A stretch of 64,000 bases of DNA from Bacteroidales bacterium (GTDB lineage: Bacteria > Bacteroidota > Bacteroidia > Bacteroidales > WCHB1-69). The stretch is taken from assembly GCA_017525245.1 (NCBI GenBank), contig JAFXTE010000035.1, positions 2,497 to 66,496 on the forward strand. Direction: 5' to 3'. Under the pieces are notes generated by a model. That model made no database searches. It saw only the letters and a program-made list of their open reading frames with translations, and was not told where the DNA came from. The translations under genes were made by a program, and so were the position numbers. How positions within the stretch are numbered: the stretch's first letter is position 1; every line of letters begins with the position of its first letter. Below are positions 1 through 8,545 of the stretch, piece by piece.

Positions 1-421
1 CTTCGGGCATGGCGGCGGGCATGTCCATCTTGTTAATGACGGGGATGATCTCCAAATCGTTGTCGATGGCCTGATAGAGATTGGAAATGGTCTGGGCCTG
101 AACGCCTTGCGTGGCATCCACGAGCAGCAACGCGCCCTCGCACGCGGCGATGGAACGGGAAACCTCGTAGGAAAAATCCACGTGGCCTGGAGTGTCGATC
201 AGGTTGAGAATGTATTTCTCGCCCTTGTACATGTAATCCATCTGGATGGCGTGGCTCTTGATAGTGATGCCGCGCTCGCGCTCCAGATCCATGTCGTCAA
301 GCACCTGGTTCTGGAAGTCGCGATCATTCACCGTTTTGGTGAATTGCAACAAACGGTCAGCCAATGTGCTCTTTCCGTGGTCGATGTGGGCGATGATGCA
401 GAAGTTCCTTATGTGTTTCAT
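1..421 (-). CDS. lepA: Elongation factor 4 (LepA), 5' part only; gene continues past the left window edge
   Basis: Own minus-strand translation from the ATG (complement of 419-421): [25 protein letters not shown]...[17 protein letters not shown]. GTPase G1 and G3 motifs in LepA-typical context. Absent from the ORF track because it is truncated by the window edge. Confidence 0.9.
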   Translation of the reverse strand, partial: MKHIRNFCIIAHIDHGKSTLADRLLQFTKTVNDRDFQNQVLDDMDLERERGITIKSHAIQMDYMYKGEKYILNLIDTPGHVDFSYEVSRSIAACEGALLLVDATQGVQAQTISNLYQAIDNDLEIIPVINKMDMPAAMPE

Positions 422-437
422 CTATAATGGTTATGGG

Positions 438-1658
438 TTATAGGTTATTGAAGCCCAACGTGTGTCCCATTTTCGCCTGTTTGGTCTTCAGATAATTCTC
501 GTTGATTTTGTTGGGTTTGACGATGATGGGGAGGGTTTCGGAAATGGTGATGCCGTGGGCGGAGAGACCGACGCGTTTGGCGGGGTTGTTGGTGATGAGG
601 CGGACGTTGGTGGCTTTGAGGTCGCGGAGAATTTGCGCCCCCACGCCGTAGTCGCGCTCGTCGGCTTTGAAGCCGAGTTCGAGGTTGGCCTCAACGGTGT
701 CGCGGCCGAGTTCCTGCAAGTGGTAGGCCCTCAGCTTGTTGATGAGTCCGATGCCACGGCCTTCCTGACTCATGTAGAGCACCAGGCCTTTGCCCTCCTT
801 ATCGACCATCTCCATGGCGCGGTGCAGCTGCTCGCCGCAGTCGCACTTGCAGGATCCGAAGATGTCGCCGGTGGCGCAAGAAGAGTGTACGCGCACCATC
901 ACCGGCTCGCCGTCCTCCCAGTCGCCTTTCTTGAGGGCGAGGTGGGTGGCGCCGTTGTTGAGCTGCGTGTAGGCAATCAGACGGAAATCACCCCATTGCG
1001 TGGGCAAGTTGACCTCCTGTTCGCGGCGGATGAGGGTTTCCTTTTCCAAACGGTAGGCAATCAGCTTTTCGATGCTGGTGATCGTAATTCCGTATTGTTC
1101 AGCCACTTTCAGCAATTCGGGCAGACGTGCCATCGTGCCGTCAGGGTTGATGATTTCGATGAGGGCACCCACAGGTTCCATGCCTGCGAGCTTCAGCAGA
1201 TCGACAGTGCCTTCGGTGTGGCCGGCGCGGACGAGCACGCCGCCGTCACGGGCGCGCAACGGGTTTACGTGTCCCGGGCGACCGAAGTCGGTGGCCTTCA
1301 TCGTCTTATCCGCCAATGCGTTGATGGAAGCGGCGCGGTCGTGCATGGAGACGCCCGTCGTGCAGCCGTGACCCAAAAGGTCAACGGTGACGGTGAAAGG
1401 AGTCTCGTGTATGGAGGTGTTGTTGGAGACCTGCATTTCGAGGTCCAGTTCGCGGCAGCGTTCGGCGGTCATGGGCACGCAGAGCACGCCACGGCCGCGT
1501 GAAAGCATGAAGTTCACCTTGTCGGCATCTATATGTTGGGCAGCGATGATGAAATCGCCCTCATTCTCACGTTCCTCGTCATCCACCAGAATGACGAATT
1601 TCCCGGCCTTTAAATCCTCAATGGCCTGTTCAATTGATTGTAATTTAGATTCTTGCAT
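438..1658 (-). CDS. ribBA: Bifunctional 3,4-dihydroxy-2-butanone-4-phosphate synthase / GTP cyclohydrolase II
   Basis: ORF 438..1709. DHBP-synthase half ([20 protein letters not shown]) and GCH-II half with Cys cluster ([18 protein letters not shown]). Start trimmed to the ATG at 1658 (MQESKL...). Confidence 0.92.
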   Translation of the reverse strand: MQESKLQSIEQAIEDLKAGKFVILVDDEERENEGDFIIAAQHIDADKVNFMLSRGRGVLCVPMTAERCRELDLEMQVSNNTSIHETPFTVTVDLLGHGCTTGVSMHDRAASINALADKTMKATDFGRPGHVNPLRARDGGVLVRAGHTEGTVDLLKLAGMEPVGALIEIINPDGTMARLPELLKVAEQYGITITSIEKLIAYRLEKETLIRREQEVNLPTQWGDFRLIAYTQLNNGATHLALKKGDWEDGEPVMVRVHSSCATGDIFGSCKCDCGEQLHRAMEMVDKEGKGLVLYMSQEGRGIGLINKLRAYHLQELGRDTVEANLELGFKADERDYGVGAQILRDLKATNVRLITNNPAKRVGLSAHGITISETLPIIVKPNKINENYLKTKQAKMGHTLGFNNL

Positions 1659-1815
1659 ATCTAATATCGCTATTTTCAGAAATTTGCAAAGATACGATTT
1701 TTTTTGCAACCTAAAATATTATACCTTTGCCAAGGTTTAGCAGACAAAGGCTAACAGCCCAAAGCCAATAGTCAAATTATTGAAAAACAGTAAAATATAA
1801 AATTCCATCCAGCGT

Positions 1816-3129
1816 ATGTTGACGGAAAGGACATTGGAGAAGTTGCGCATTCTGGCGGAGTCGGCGAAGTACGATGTTTCGTGCTCGTCGAGCGGTACCG
1901 TGCGTGGCGGCAAGAAGGGGATGGTGGGCAACACCGTGGGTGGTGTCGGCATCTGCCATTCTTTCGCCGACGACGGCCGTTGCATCTCCCTTCTCAAGGT
2001 GATGCTGACCAACCACTGCATGTTCGACTGCGCCTACTGCGTCAATCGCCGCTCTAACGACATCAAGCGCGCCACGCTCTCCGTGTCGGAGATTGAGACC
2101 ATTACGATGGAGTTTTACCGTCGCAACTATATTGAGGGACTGTTCCTGTCGAGTGGGGTGGTGCGGAATCCCGACTACACGATGGAGCGGCTCACCGCCA
2201 TTGTCCGCGACCTGCGGCTCATCCACCGCTTCAACGGCTACATCCACCTGAAGGCCATTCCCGGCGCGTCGCAGGAACTGCTCAATGAGGCCGGCCGTTA
2301 CGCCGACCGTATGAGCGTGAACATCGAAATCCCCAAAGAGGAGTCACTGAAGATGTTGGCTCCCGAGAAGGACCACCGAAGCGTTTTCCAGCCGATGAAT
2401 CTCATCCAGCAGGGTGTGCTCGAAAACAAGGAAGACCGCAAACACTACCGTCATGTGCCCCGGTTCGTGCCCGCCGGACAATCCACCCAGATGATCGTGG
2501 GCGCGACCAAGGACTCCGACCGCGACATCCTTAACATGTCGTCGATGCTTTACGGCCAGCCCTCGATGCGCCGCGTCTATTATTCGGGCTACGTGAGCGT
2601 CAACACGTTCGACTCGCGCCTGCCGGTACTCAAACAGCCGCCGCTCGTCCGCGAGAACCGCCTCTACCAGGCAGACTGGCTGCTGCGTTTCTACCACTTC
2701 AAGGTGGATGAGCTGGTGGATGACACCCACGCGAACCTCGATTTGGAAATAGACCCCAAACTGGCTTGGGCGCTGCGCCACCCAGAGTTCTTCCCCGTGG
2801 ATATCAATACCGCCGACTTCGAGATGCTGCTCCGCGTCCCCGGACTCGGCACTAAGTCGGCGTGGCTCATCGTCAACTCCCGCCGTTTCAACCGCCTCAC
2901 CACCTTCGACCTCAAGAAGATGGGTGTGGTCATGAAGAAGGCGAAGTATTTCATCACCTGTCACGAGCTCGGCGCCTCCAACCTGCAGCCTCTCCTCGGC
3001 ATCAACGAGCTCAGCCCCGAACGCCTCCGCCCGCTGCTCGTCTCCAAGGCCGAACAGAAGCTTGCCGCGAGGGAGGCACAGCTGTCGTTGGAGTTTGCCC
3101 CCCCAGCCCCCCTAAAGGGGGGAGAGTAA
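1816..3129 (+). CDS. Putative DNA modification/repair radical SAM protein (TIGR03916-like)
   Basis: 437 aa with CxxxCxxC radical-SAM motif (CMFDCAYC). N-terminus LAESAKYDVSC is typical of this family. The usual partner family is found at 8546. Confidence 0.8.
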   Translation: MLTERTLEKLRILAESAKYDVSCSSSGTVRGGKKGMVGNTVGGVGICHSFADDGRCISLLKVMLTNHCMFDCAYCVNRRSNDIKRATLSVSEIETITMEFYRRNYIEGLFLSSGVVRNPDYTMERLTAIVRDLRLIHRFNGYIHLKAIPGASQELLNEAGRYADRMSVNIEIPKEESLKMLAPEKDHRSVFQPMNLIQQGVLENKEDRKHYRHVPRFVPAGQSTQMIVGATKDSDRDILNMSSMLYGQPSMRRVYYSGYVSVNTFDSRLPVLKQPPLVRENRLYQADWLLRFYHFKVDELVDDTHANLDLEIDPKLAWALRHPEFFPVDINTADFEMLLRVPGLGTKSAWLIVNSRRFNRLTTFDLKKMGVVMKKAKYFITCHELGASNLQPLLGINELSPERLRPLLVSKAEQKLAAREAQLSLEFAPPAPLKGGE

Positions 3130-3157
3130 CTCCCCATAAACGATTATCGTGAAACCC

Positions 3158-3187
3158 GAACCTTGACCTTTGAACCTTGACCAAGGT
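3158..3187. repeat. Heptanucleotide-periodic tract (GAACCTT/GACCTTT x4)
   Basis: gaaccttgacctttgaaccttgaccaagg, directly after the radical-SAM stop codon. Confidence 0.6.
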
Positions 3188-3195
3188 GGCGGGCA

Positions 3196-3236
3196 TATAG
3201 AAAAAGTTGTATCTTTGCAGGTTGGAAAAAAGAACA
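3196..3236 (+). repeat. Direct repeat copy 1 (contains a -7 promoter box) flanking the PIN TA module
   Basis: atagaaaaagttgtatctttgcaggttggaaaaa is nearly identical to 3936-3978. Confidence 0.8.
3210..3217 (+). promoter_or_regulatory. Bacteroidota -7 promoter box TAnnTTTG (TATCTTTG)
   Basis: TATCTTTG lies about 25 nt upstream of the ATG at 3242. Confidence 0.55.
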
Positions 3237-3241
3237 ATACT

Positions 3242-3526
3242 ATGGGTAAAACATCAACATACCAAGCATCCGCAGCGATGAGCAATTTGTGGAACTATTT
3301 GCGCGGTTTGTCTTTGTCATACGAAGACAGACATTGGCTTGCAGACAAATTGATTGAAAACACGGAGAAGAAAGGAAAAAAAAGGAAAAAAGAACTGGTT
3401 TTCCCGCACATCAGTGAAGACCTCAAACCGTCGCCTGAATTGATGGCTATGGTTCTTGGGCCTGTACCCGAAGGCTTTGATATAGACAAGGAACTTGAAC
3501 AGATGTGGGAGGAGCGTGCAAAATGA
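3242..3526 (+). CDS. Putative antitoxin partner of the PIN toxin
   Basis: 94 aa from the ATG at 3242 (track ORF 3170..3526 trimmed to sit downstream of the -7 box). Its stop overlaps the PIN start in an ATGA. Small charged protein; no family recognised. Confidence 0.55.
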   Translation: MGKTSTYQASAAMSNLWNYLRGLSLSYEDRHWLADKLIENTEKKGKKRKKELVFPHISEDLKPSPELMAMVLGPVPEGFDIDKELEQMWEERAK

Positions 3527-3939
3527 AGGTGTTTATAGATACGAATGTGGTTCTTGATTTCGTATGCAGAAGAGAACCGTTTTATAAAGATGCTTCAGAA
3601 GTGTTTGTCATGCACGAACGCGGTGATATTGAATGTGTCATATCCGCGTTAACCATCATAAACAGTGCATACGTCATGAGGAAGATTTTCCGTAAGTCAG
3701 AAATCAATGCTGTCATAGAATGGCTTTGTGAATCATTTAATGTGTCTTCCATTAATCGAGTAAACATTATGGATGCAGTTCAGAAGGATTCATACGATTT
3801 TGAAGATACGGTGCAGTATTATTCCGCCTTATCGTATCATCCCGATGTGATATTGACCCGCGACAAGAAGGGCTTCTCCGATTTGGACATCCCTGTACTG
3901 ACCCCTGAGGAGTTTTTGGAGCGGAGCAGACGACAATAG
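3523..3939 (+). CDS. PIN-domain toxin (VapC-like ribonuclease)
   Basis: MKVFIDTNVVLDF... is a PIN N-terminal acidic motif, with further conserved acidic positions. 138 aa. 4-nt ATGA overlap with the upstream small gene. Confidence 0.8.
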   Translation: MKVFIDTNVVLDFVCRREPFYKDASEVFVMHERGDIECVISALTIINSAYVMRKIFRKSEINAVIEWLCESFNVSSINRVNIMDAVQKDSYDFEDTVQYYSALSYHPDVILTRDKKGFSDLDIPVLTPEEFLERSRRQ

Positions 3940-3978
3940 AAAAAGTTGTATCTTTGCGGGTTGAAAAATGACAAAAAG
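3936..3978 (+). repeat. Direct repeat copy 2 (contains -7 box TATCTTTG at 3949-3956)
   Basis: atagaaaaagttgtatctttgcgggttgaaaaa duplicates 3196-3236. It starts at the PIN gene's stop codon (TAG 3937-3939). Confidence 0.8.
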
Positions 3979-4072
3979 AAATAAGTAGTAACGAAACAAA
4001 ACGCCTATGAGCAGAACCGCATAATTCCGTTATGCACACCATAGAATAGGAAAAAGCAAAGTAGCTTGCACT

Positions 4073-4232
4073 GGTTATTCTGAAACTTGGACACTTTCAG
4101 TTAATCTACCCAGAGTAAGGCAACGGCGCTCCCGCCTCAAGGCGTGGGCTTTACTCGTTGTAATTGGGTAGATTAAGGTAGTCCAAGACCTCAGAATAAC
4201 CAATGAAGGCGAAAAAGTGCCACGCTTTTTTT
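4073..4232 (+). ncRNA. Candidate structured RNA element E1 (129-nt extended hairpin plus tail ending in a T-run)
   Basis: Stems 4073-4083/4191-4201, 4086-4092/4181-4187, 4104-4112/4165-4173 and 4113-4118/4151-4156. The tail has CCACGC (4220-4225) complementary to GCGTGG (4143-4148), followed by T7. Homologous to E2 at 45852-45989, with covarying outer stems. Confidence 0.45.
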
Positions 4233-4327
4233 GTGTGCGTAACTTTCCTGAACTCTTCCGGCACATTCTATGAAGTTTATCACAAAACCCGATGGTGCCG
4301 GATGGGATATAACGCGGCGAAAACACT

Positions 4328-4936
4328 ATGGAAGATAAGAAAAAAGGATGTTTTAAATGGATCTTTGTTATTATTGCTGGAGTTTTAGTGTTAGGAGGGA
4401 TTGCATCTTTATTTGATAAAGGGAACGACAATACAAATAACACTTCAGATGAAACAGCTTCGCAGTTTGTGTCAGAGCGCGAATCAAATCACACAAAAGA
4501 TTCTGTATTATGGAAAATAAGCACAGAAATAGATGAAATGACAGATTCAAAAAACATTTGGGCTTCTATCAAAAGTGACAATTATGTGAATCAGGAATTT
4601 CCATATCAAGGAGATACGTATTCTACAATAACGGTGCGATATATGAAAAAATACGGGTATGATGTGCTAATTAACATTGATCAGGGACAAATTGTTGGGA
4701 ATGACTTTCAGAACAGCAATTATATTACAGCCAGATTTGATAATTCTGAAGCAAAAAAATATTACTTTAATGAAGCAGCAGATTATAGTACGGAAACAGT
4801 GTTTTTAAAAAATGCAAAAGATTTTATGGAGAATTGCAAGAAAGCAAAAGATATTAAGATTGAAATACCTTTATACCAAGGTGGCAGACCAATATTCTCT
4901 TTTCATGTTGACAAACCACTTGAGTGGCCAAATTAA
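4328..4936 (+). CDS. Hypothetical membrane-anchored protein
   Basis: 202-aa ORF with an N-terminal TM helix (WIFVIIAGVLVLGGIASLF). AT-rich; no family recognised. Confidence 0.6.
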   Translation: MEDKKKGCFKWIFVIIAGVLVLGGIASLFDKGNDNTNNTSDETASQFVSERESNHTKDSVLWKISTEIDEMTDSKNIWASIKSDNYVNQEFPYQGDTYSTITVRYMKKYGYDVLINIDQGQIVGNDFQNSNYITARFDNSEAKKYYFNEAADYSTETVFLKNAKDFMENCKKAKDIKIEIPLYQGGRPIFSFHVDKPLEWPN

Positions 4937-5087
4937 GTTTTGAATATTTCATTGTTTCTATTCTTATTGTAAGAAAAATGAAAGTCTCACATAAAAATAT
5001 TACCTTTGCAGCGAATATCTTAACATCCACGTTGTGTAGGATTATCTATACAATGGATGTTTTTAATAAAAAATGTAAATTTTTGTC

Positions 5088-5693
5088 ATGAAACGTTTTT
5101 TTGTGTTTGTTGCGTTTTTTTTACAAGTAGTTTTTGTCAATGCCCAAAATGCGACATACGATGGATGTGAGGTGTCCTACGAGAAACTGAAGTCGGCCTT
5201 GTATAATGCCGCCCCACATCATTATTTGTCGGCATTTGTAAATTTGGATTACTCACTTCCTGACATATTGCTACAATTTTTTCTGACAGATGTGTTAGAT
5301 GTTGGCCACCACAATGAAAATTGCAAATGGCTATCTAAGAGGCATTGGCAAGAGGAGTACAGGCCATACATACTGATAGGCAATGACATACAATATCTTC
5401 AAGTTCATTACTACCTTAAACCAACTGTTGATGTTCCGATTTCTTCTATCAAAAACAATTGTGACATTATTGAAAAATGCGAGATTTTAGGAACTCCGGA
5501 TTTGGTTTTAAGATTTTTTCAGACCTATTGGGGAGATCACGTTGTAATTGGTGGACAAAAGACAGGAGAACTTGCACATGTTGACTTCATGGGAGATCAT
5601 GTTGCTTTATTTGCTGTCTCAAACAATTTGTATAAGATAATTATTACAGATAATGGTCAATCTTTCGACTATAAATTGAATTTTGGAAACTAA
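5088..5693 (+). CDS. Hypothetical secreted protein
   Basis: 201-aa ORF with signal-peptide-like N-terminus (MKRFFVFVAFFLQVVFVNAQ). No family recognised. Confidence 0.6.
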   Translation: MKRFFVFVAFFLQVVFVNAQNATYDGCEVSYEKLKSALYNAAPHHYLSAFVNLDYSLPDILLQFFLTDVLDVGHHNENCKWLSKRHWQEEYRPYILIGNDIQYLQVHYYLKPTVDVPISSIKNNCDIIEKCEILGTPDLVLRFFQTYWGDHVVIGGQKTGELAHVDFMGDHVALFAVSNNLYKIIITDNGQSFDYKLNFGN

Positions 5694-5711
5694 ACCTCAC
5701 AATTCGCATTA

Positions 5712-5982
5712 GTTGCGTGCCTCCGACACACCGCCCCTCCCGCGCATCGTCCACCCCCACACTGTGAGTGTGGGGTTATTGAGGTTTCGTGCCTATGGCA
5801 CGGGGCGATATCCACAATGGTCAACCGTCGCGCTGGATAATGTCCATGCCCATATTCTGTCTAACACCCCTCCTCGTGTCGGAGACACGATATTTTAGAA
5901 ACCCCACACGAAACGAACGAAGTGAGTGCCGTGTGGGGTATGCGGACGATGCGCGTGTACAAGCGTGTCGGAGACACGCAAC
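5712..5982. mobile_element. MITE-like composite element with terminal inverted repeats GTTGCGTG(C/T)CTCCGACAC
   Basis: Left TIR 5712-5729 and right TIR 5965-5982 (gtgtcggagacacgcaac). Internal CCCCACAC..GTGTGGGG hairpins at about 5755-5776 and 5901-5939. An extra internal TIR-like palindrome at 5875-5888. Confidence 0.6.
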
Positions 5983-6262
5983 TATTCCACCCCCACCCCC
6001 TCCCCAGTCGGCTTTGGATTAAATACGGATAATAGAGAATACCTCTTAATTGGTGTGGATGTTGGCTGTGCCGACATTTTTTCGTATGTTTAATAGGGAT
6101 AACGTCATAATAAGCAATGGTTTATTATGATATTCTCGTTTTGTTAGAAAAAAATCAGAGAGAAGTGTTTTGTGATTAAAAATTGTGTATCTTTGCAAAG
6201 TTTTATCAAACTAAAAATTTAAAAAAAAACAAATATGGGAACAGATTAGTTATCAGTACAGT

Positions 6263-7018
6263 ATGACAGGCAACACAAAAGAAACATTATTGTTTTGGCT
6301 TGCGATTTTGAGTGGCATATCCTCAATTGCAGGCTTTTTTGTCGCTTTGAGTTCGGATCGAAGCAAGGTTGTTATTGTGTTGATTGCCATCATCGTCTTT
6401 CTTGTTGCATTGCTGCTTTCAGTTTGGTATGCCATTCACAAAATTGTTCACAAAGAATTTGACAGGGAATACGTAAAGCTTTCGTTCTTTACAAAATGTG
6501 AATACATTAACCAAAATCACATTATTTATGATGGTTATCGTCTGATTCAATCCAAGCGAGCCTTTTTGCCAAGTATTAAATGGGCATTCAAATGGTCAGG
6601 CTCCAAACAGCCGATTATTAGCTCAACCCTACAGGATTGCGATGGTAAAATAATTGAAAACACTTCGAATGACTATGACCACGTTGTTCTGAAATTTAAG
6701 AAAGCACTTTCTTACAATGAATCCGCAGTAGTTCATTTCCATGCCAGCATGGATGATGTGGACAATACTGCACAACCCTATCTGGATGTCAAGATTGAAG
6801 AACCTATCAGTGTCGTTGATTTCCGTGTAATATTGGCATATAAAGACGATCATTTTTCAGAAAGGGCACAATTCATGCGAAAGCCTATCAACAGCGGAAT
6901 CCCGACGGATTATCAAATACTTGAGACAGTTTCTTTCAATTCGCATTCCAAGAGTTACGAATATGTCTTGACAAATCCGGAAGTCGGGTATTTTTACCGG
7001 TTGCAGTGGGTAAAATAA
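6263..7018 (+). CDS. Hypothetical membrane protein (two N-terminal TM helices plus soluble C-terminal domain)
   Basis: 251-aa ORF, AT-rich; no family recognised. Confidence 0.6.
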   Translation: MTGNTKETLLFWLAILSGISSIAGFFVALSSDRSKVVIVLIAIIVFLVALLLSVWYAIHKIVHKEFDREYVKLSFFTKCEYINQNHIIYDGYRLIQSKRAFLPSIKWAFKWSGSKQPIISSTLQDCDGKIIENTSNDYDHVVLKFKKALSYNESAVVHFHASMDDVDNTAQPYLDVKIEEPISVVDFRVILAYKDDHFSERAQFMRKPINSGIPTDYQILETVSFNSHSKSYEYVLTNPEVGYFYRLQWVK

Positions 7019-7021
7019 CTT

Positions 7022-7128
7022 GTTGCGTGTCTCCGACACTCCGCCCCTCCAGCGCATCGTCCACCCCACACCGCGAGTGTGGGGTATAAGTAGTTTCCCT
7101 CGACAGCAGCGTGTCGGAAACACGCAAC
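7022..7128. mobile_element. MITE-like element (107 nt), same family as 5712-5982
   Basis: TIRs gttgcgtgtctccgacac (7022-7039) and gtgtcggaaacacgcaac (7111-7128). Internal hairpin ccccacaccgcgagtgtgggg. Begins 3 nt after the stop of the preceding gene. Confidence 0.65.
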
Positions 7129-7251
7129 ATTACCAGCACAGATTTGCGCAGTATAAAAAAAACGACATCATCCCACCTTTGTTAAACAGAATTTTATATT
7201 TTTGCGCTGTTTTATAAAATGCTATTTAATAAAATCGATTTATAGATAATT

Positions 7252-8535
7252 ATGGCCATTGCAAGGAACACACTGATGCAAATACTTCTTGATAATCAGA
7301 AGGATGTGGAGCAATACACTGTTTTTCCACGCCAGTATGATTTGGACAGCTTTCCGTTGCAGGTGTTTGTGGGATTGCGGCGGTCAGGGAAATCTTTTCT
7401 CCTATTCCAGAAAATGCATCAGATGCTTAATGAAGGGCATTCTTGGGCTGATATGCTCTATCTGGATTTTGAGGACACCCGCTTGGAAGGCTTCGCTTCG
7501 GATGATTTCAATCTGATTTTGGAGTGTCATCAGGAGATGTATGGCAAACGCCCCGCGCTGTTCTTTGATGAGATGCAGAACATAGACGGATGGCAGAAAT
7601 TCGCCCGCAACCTTGCCGACAAAAAATACAGCGTTTACATCACTGGCAGCAACGCCAAAATGCTTTCAAAGGAAATTATGGCCACTTTGGGTGGACGTTA
7701 CCTGCCTAAAGAGGTGTATCCGTTCAGTTTTCGGGAATACCTGTCTTATATGAATGTCCCGTTTGATGAGCTGTCGCTCACAGCCACAGAATCGAAAGGA
7801 CGTTTTATGAACGCCTATCGTGAATATTTTACTTGGGGTGGTCTGCCCGAATCCATCCACTTGCCAGTCAAAAGAAACTATCTGTCAAGTGTTTATCAGA
7901 AAATTTACCTTGGTGACATCGTTCAGCGGAATGGCATTTCCAATCCTCGGCTTTTACAGCTGATGCTCAAGAAAATGGCGGAAAGCGTGATGCAGCCCAT
8001 CTCTTACAATCGAATTTCAAGATTACTCTCCAGTGTGTCGGGCAAAATCAGTGTGCCTACGGTTTCGAGTTATGTGGGTTTCTCCGAGGATGCCTGGTTG
8101 CTATTGCGCGTCAGAAACATCGCATCGGCTTTTGCCGAGAAAGAGAGCGTCTGCAAGTACTATTTCATTGACAATGGCCTGCTGTCGCTCCAGCTGATGG
8201 ACTGTGAAACCCTCTTGTTGGAGAACATGGTGGCCCTTTCCCTTTTCCGAAAATACGGACACGACGAGGATAATGAGCGGGTGTTTTTCTACAATGCCAA
8301 TATAGCGGTGGATTTCTATGTGCCCGATGACGAACTTGCCGTGCAGGTCTCCTACTCCATCAGCGACCCCGATACTTTGCGCAGAGAATCCGATGCACTC
8401 AGCAAGCTGCCGCAGGTCTATCCGTGCCGTCGCCGTGTCATCATCACTTACGATGAAGAAGGTTCTTCAGAGGACAACTACGGAACCATAGAGTTTATCC
8501 CCGCATGGAAGTGGCTGTTAGAGGATAACCAATAA
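7252..8535 (+). CDS. AAA-family ATPase (AAA_14 plus DUF4143-like)
   Basis: 427 aa with Walker A GLRRSGKS and Walker B LFFDEMQ. Architecture is typical of Bacteroidales orphan ATP-binding proteins. Confidence 0.8.
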   Translation: MAIARNTLMQILLDNQKDVEQYTVFPRQYDLDSFPLQVFVGLRRSGKSFLLFQKMHQMLNEGHSWADMLYLDFEDTRLEGFASDDFNLILECHQEMYGKRPALFFDEMQNIDGWQKFARNLADKKYSVYITGSNAKMLSKEIMATLGGRYLPKEVYPFSFREYLSYMNVPFDELSLTATESKGRFMNAYREYFTWGGLPESIHLPVKRNYLSSVYQKIYLGDIVQRNGISNPRLLQLMLKKMAESVMQPISYNRISRLLSSVSGKISVPTVSSYVGFSEDAWLLLRVRNIASAFAEKESVCKYYFIDNGLLSLQLMDCETLLLENMVALSLFRKYGHDEDNERVFFYNANIAVDFYVPDDELAVQVSYSISDPDTLRRESDALSKLPQVYPCRRRVIITYDEEGSSEDNYGTIEFIPAWKWLLEDNQ

Positions 8536-8545
8536 CCATTAAAAA

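Noticed and set aside
462-1502. 346-aa plus-strand ORF, plus several shorter ones, overlapping ribBA
   Set aside because: Antisense to a confidently identified gene. Low-complexity G/A/V-rich translation is typical of open frames in GC-rich antisense DNA.
3106-3122. CCCCCC-TAAA-GGGGGG hairpin as a separate regulatory element
   Set aside because: It lies within the last codons of the radical-SAM gene (…PPAPLKGGE). It is most simply a terminator stem overlapping the CDS end and was not scored separately.
4075-4443. 122-aa minus-strand ORF
   Set aside because: It covers the E1 hairpin and the start of the 4328 gene. It has no start context or family, and the palindromic sequence explains the open frame.
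5713-6022. 61-aa and 77-aa ORFs
   Set aside because: They lie wholly inside the MITE-like inverted-repeat element.
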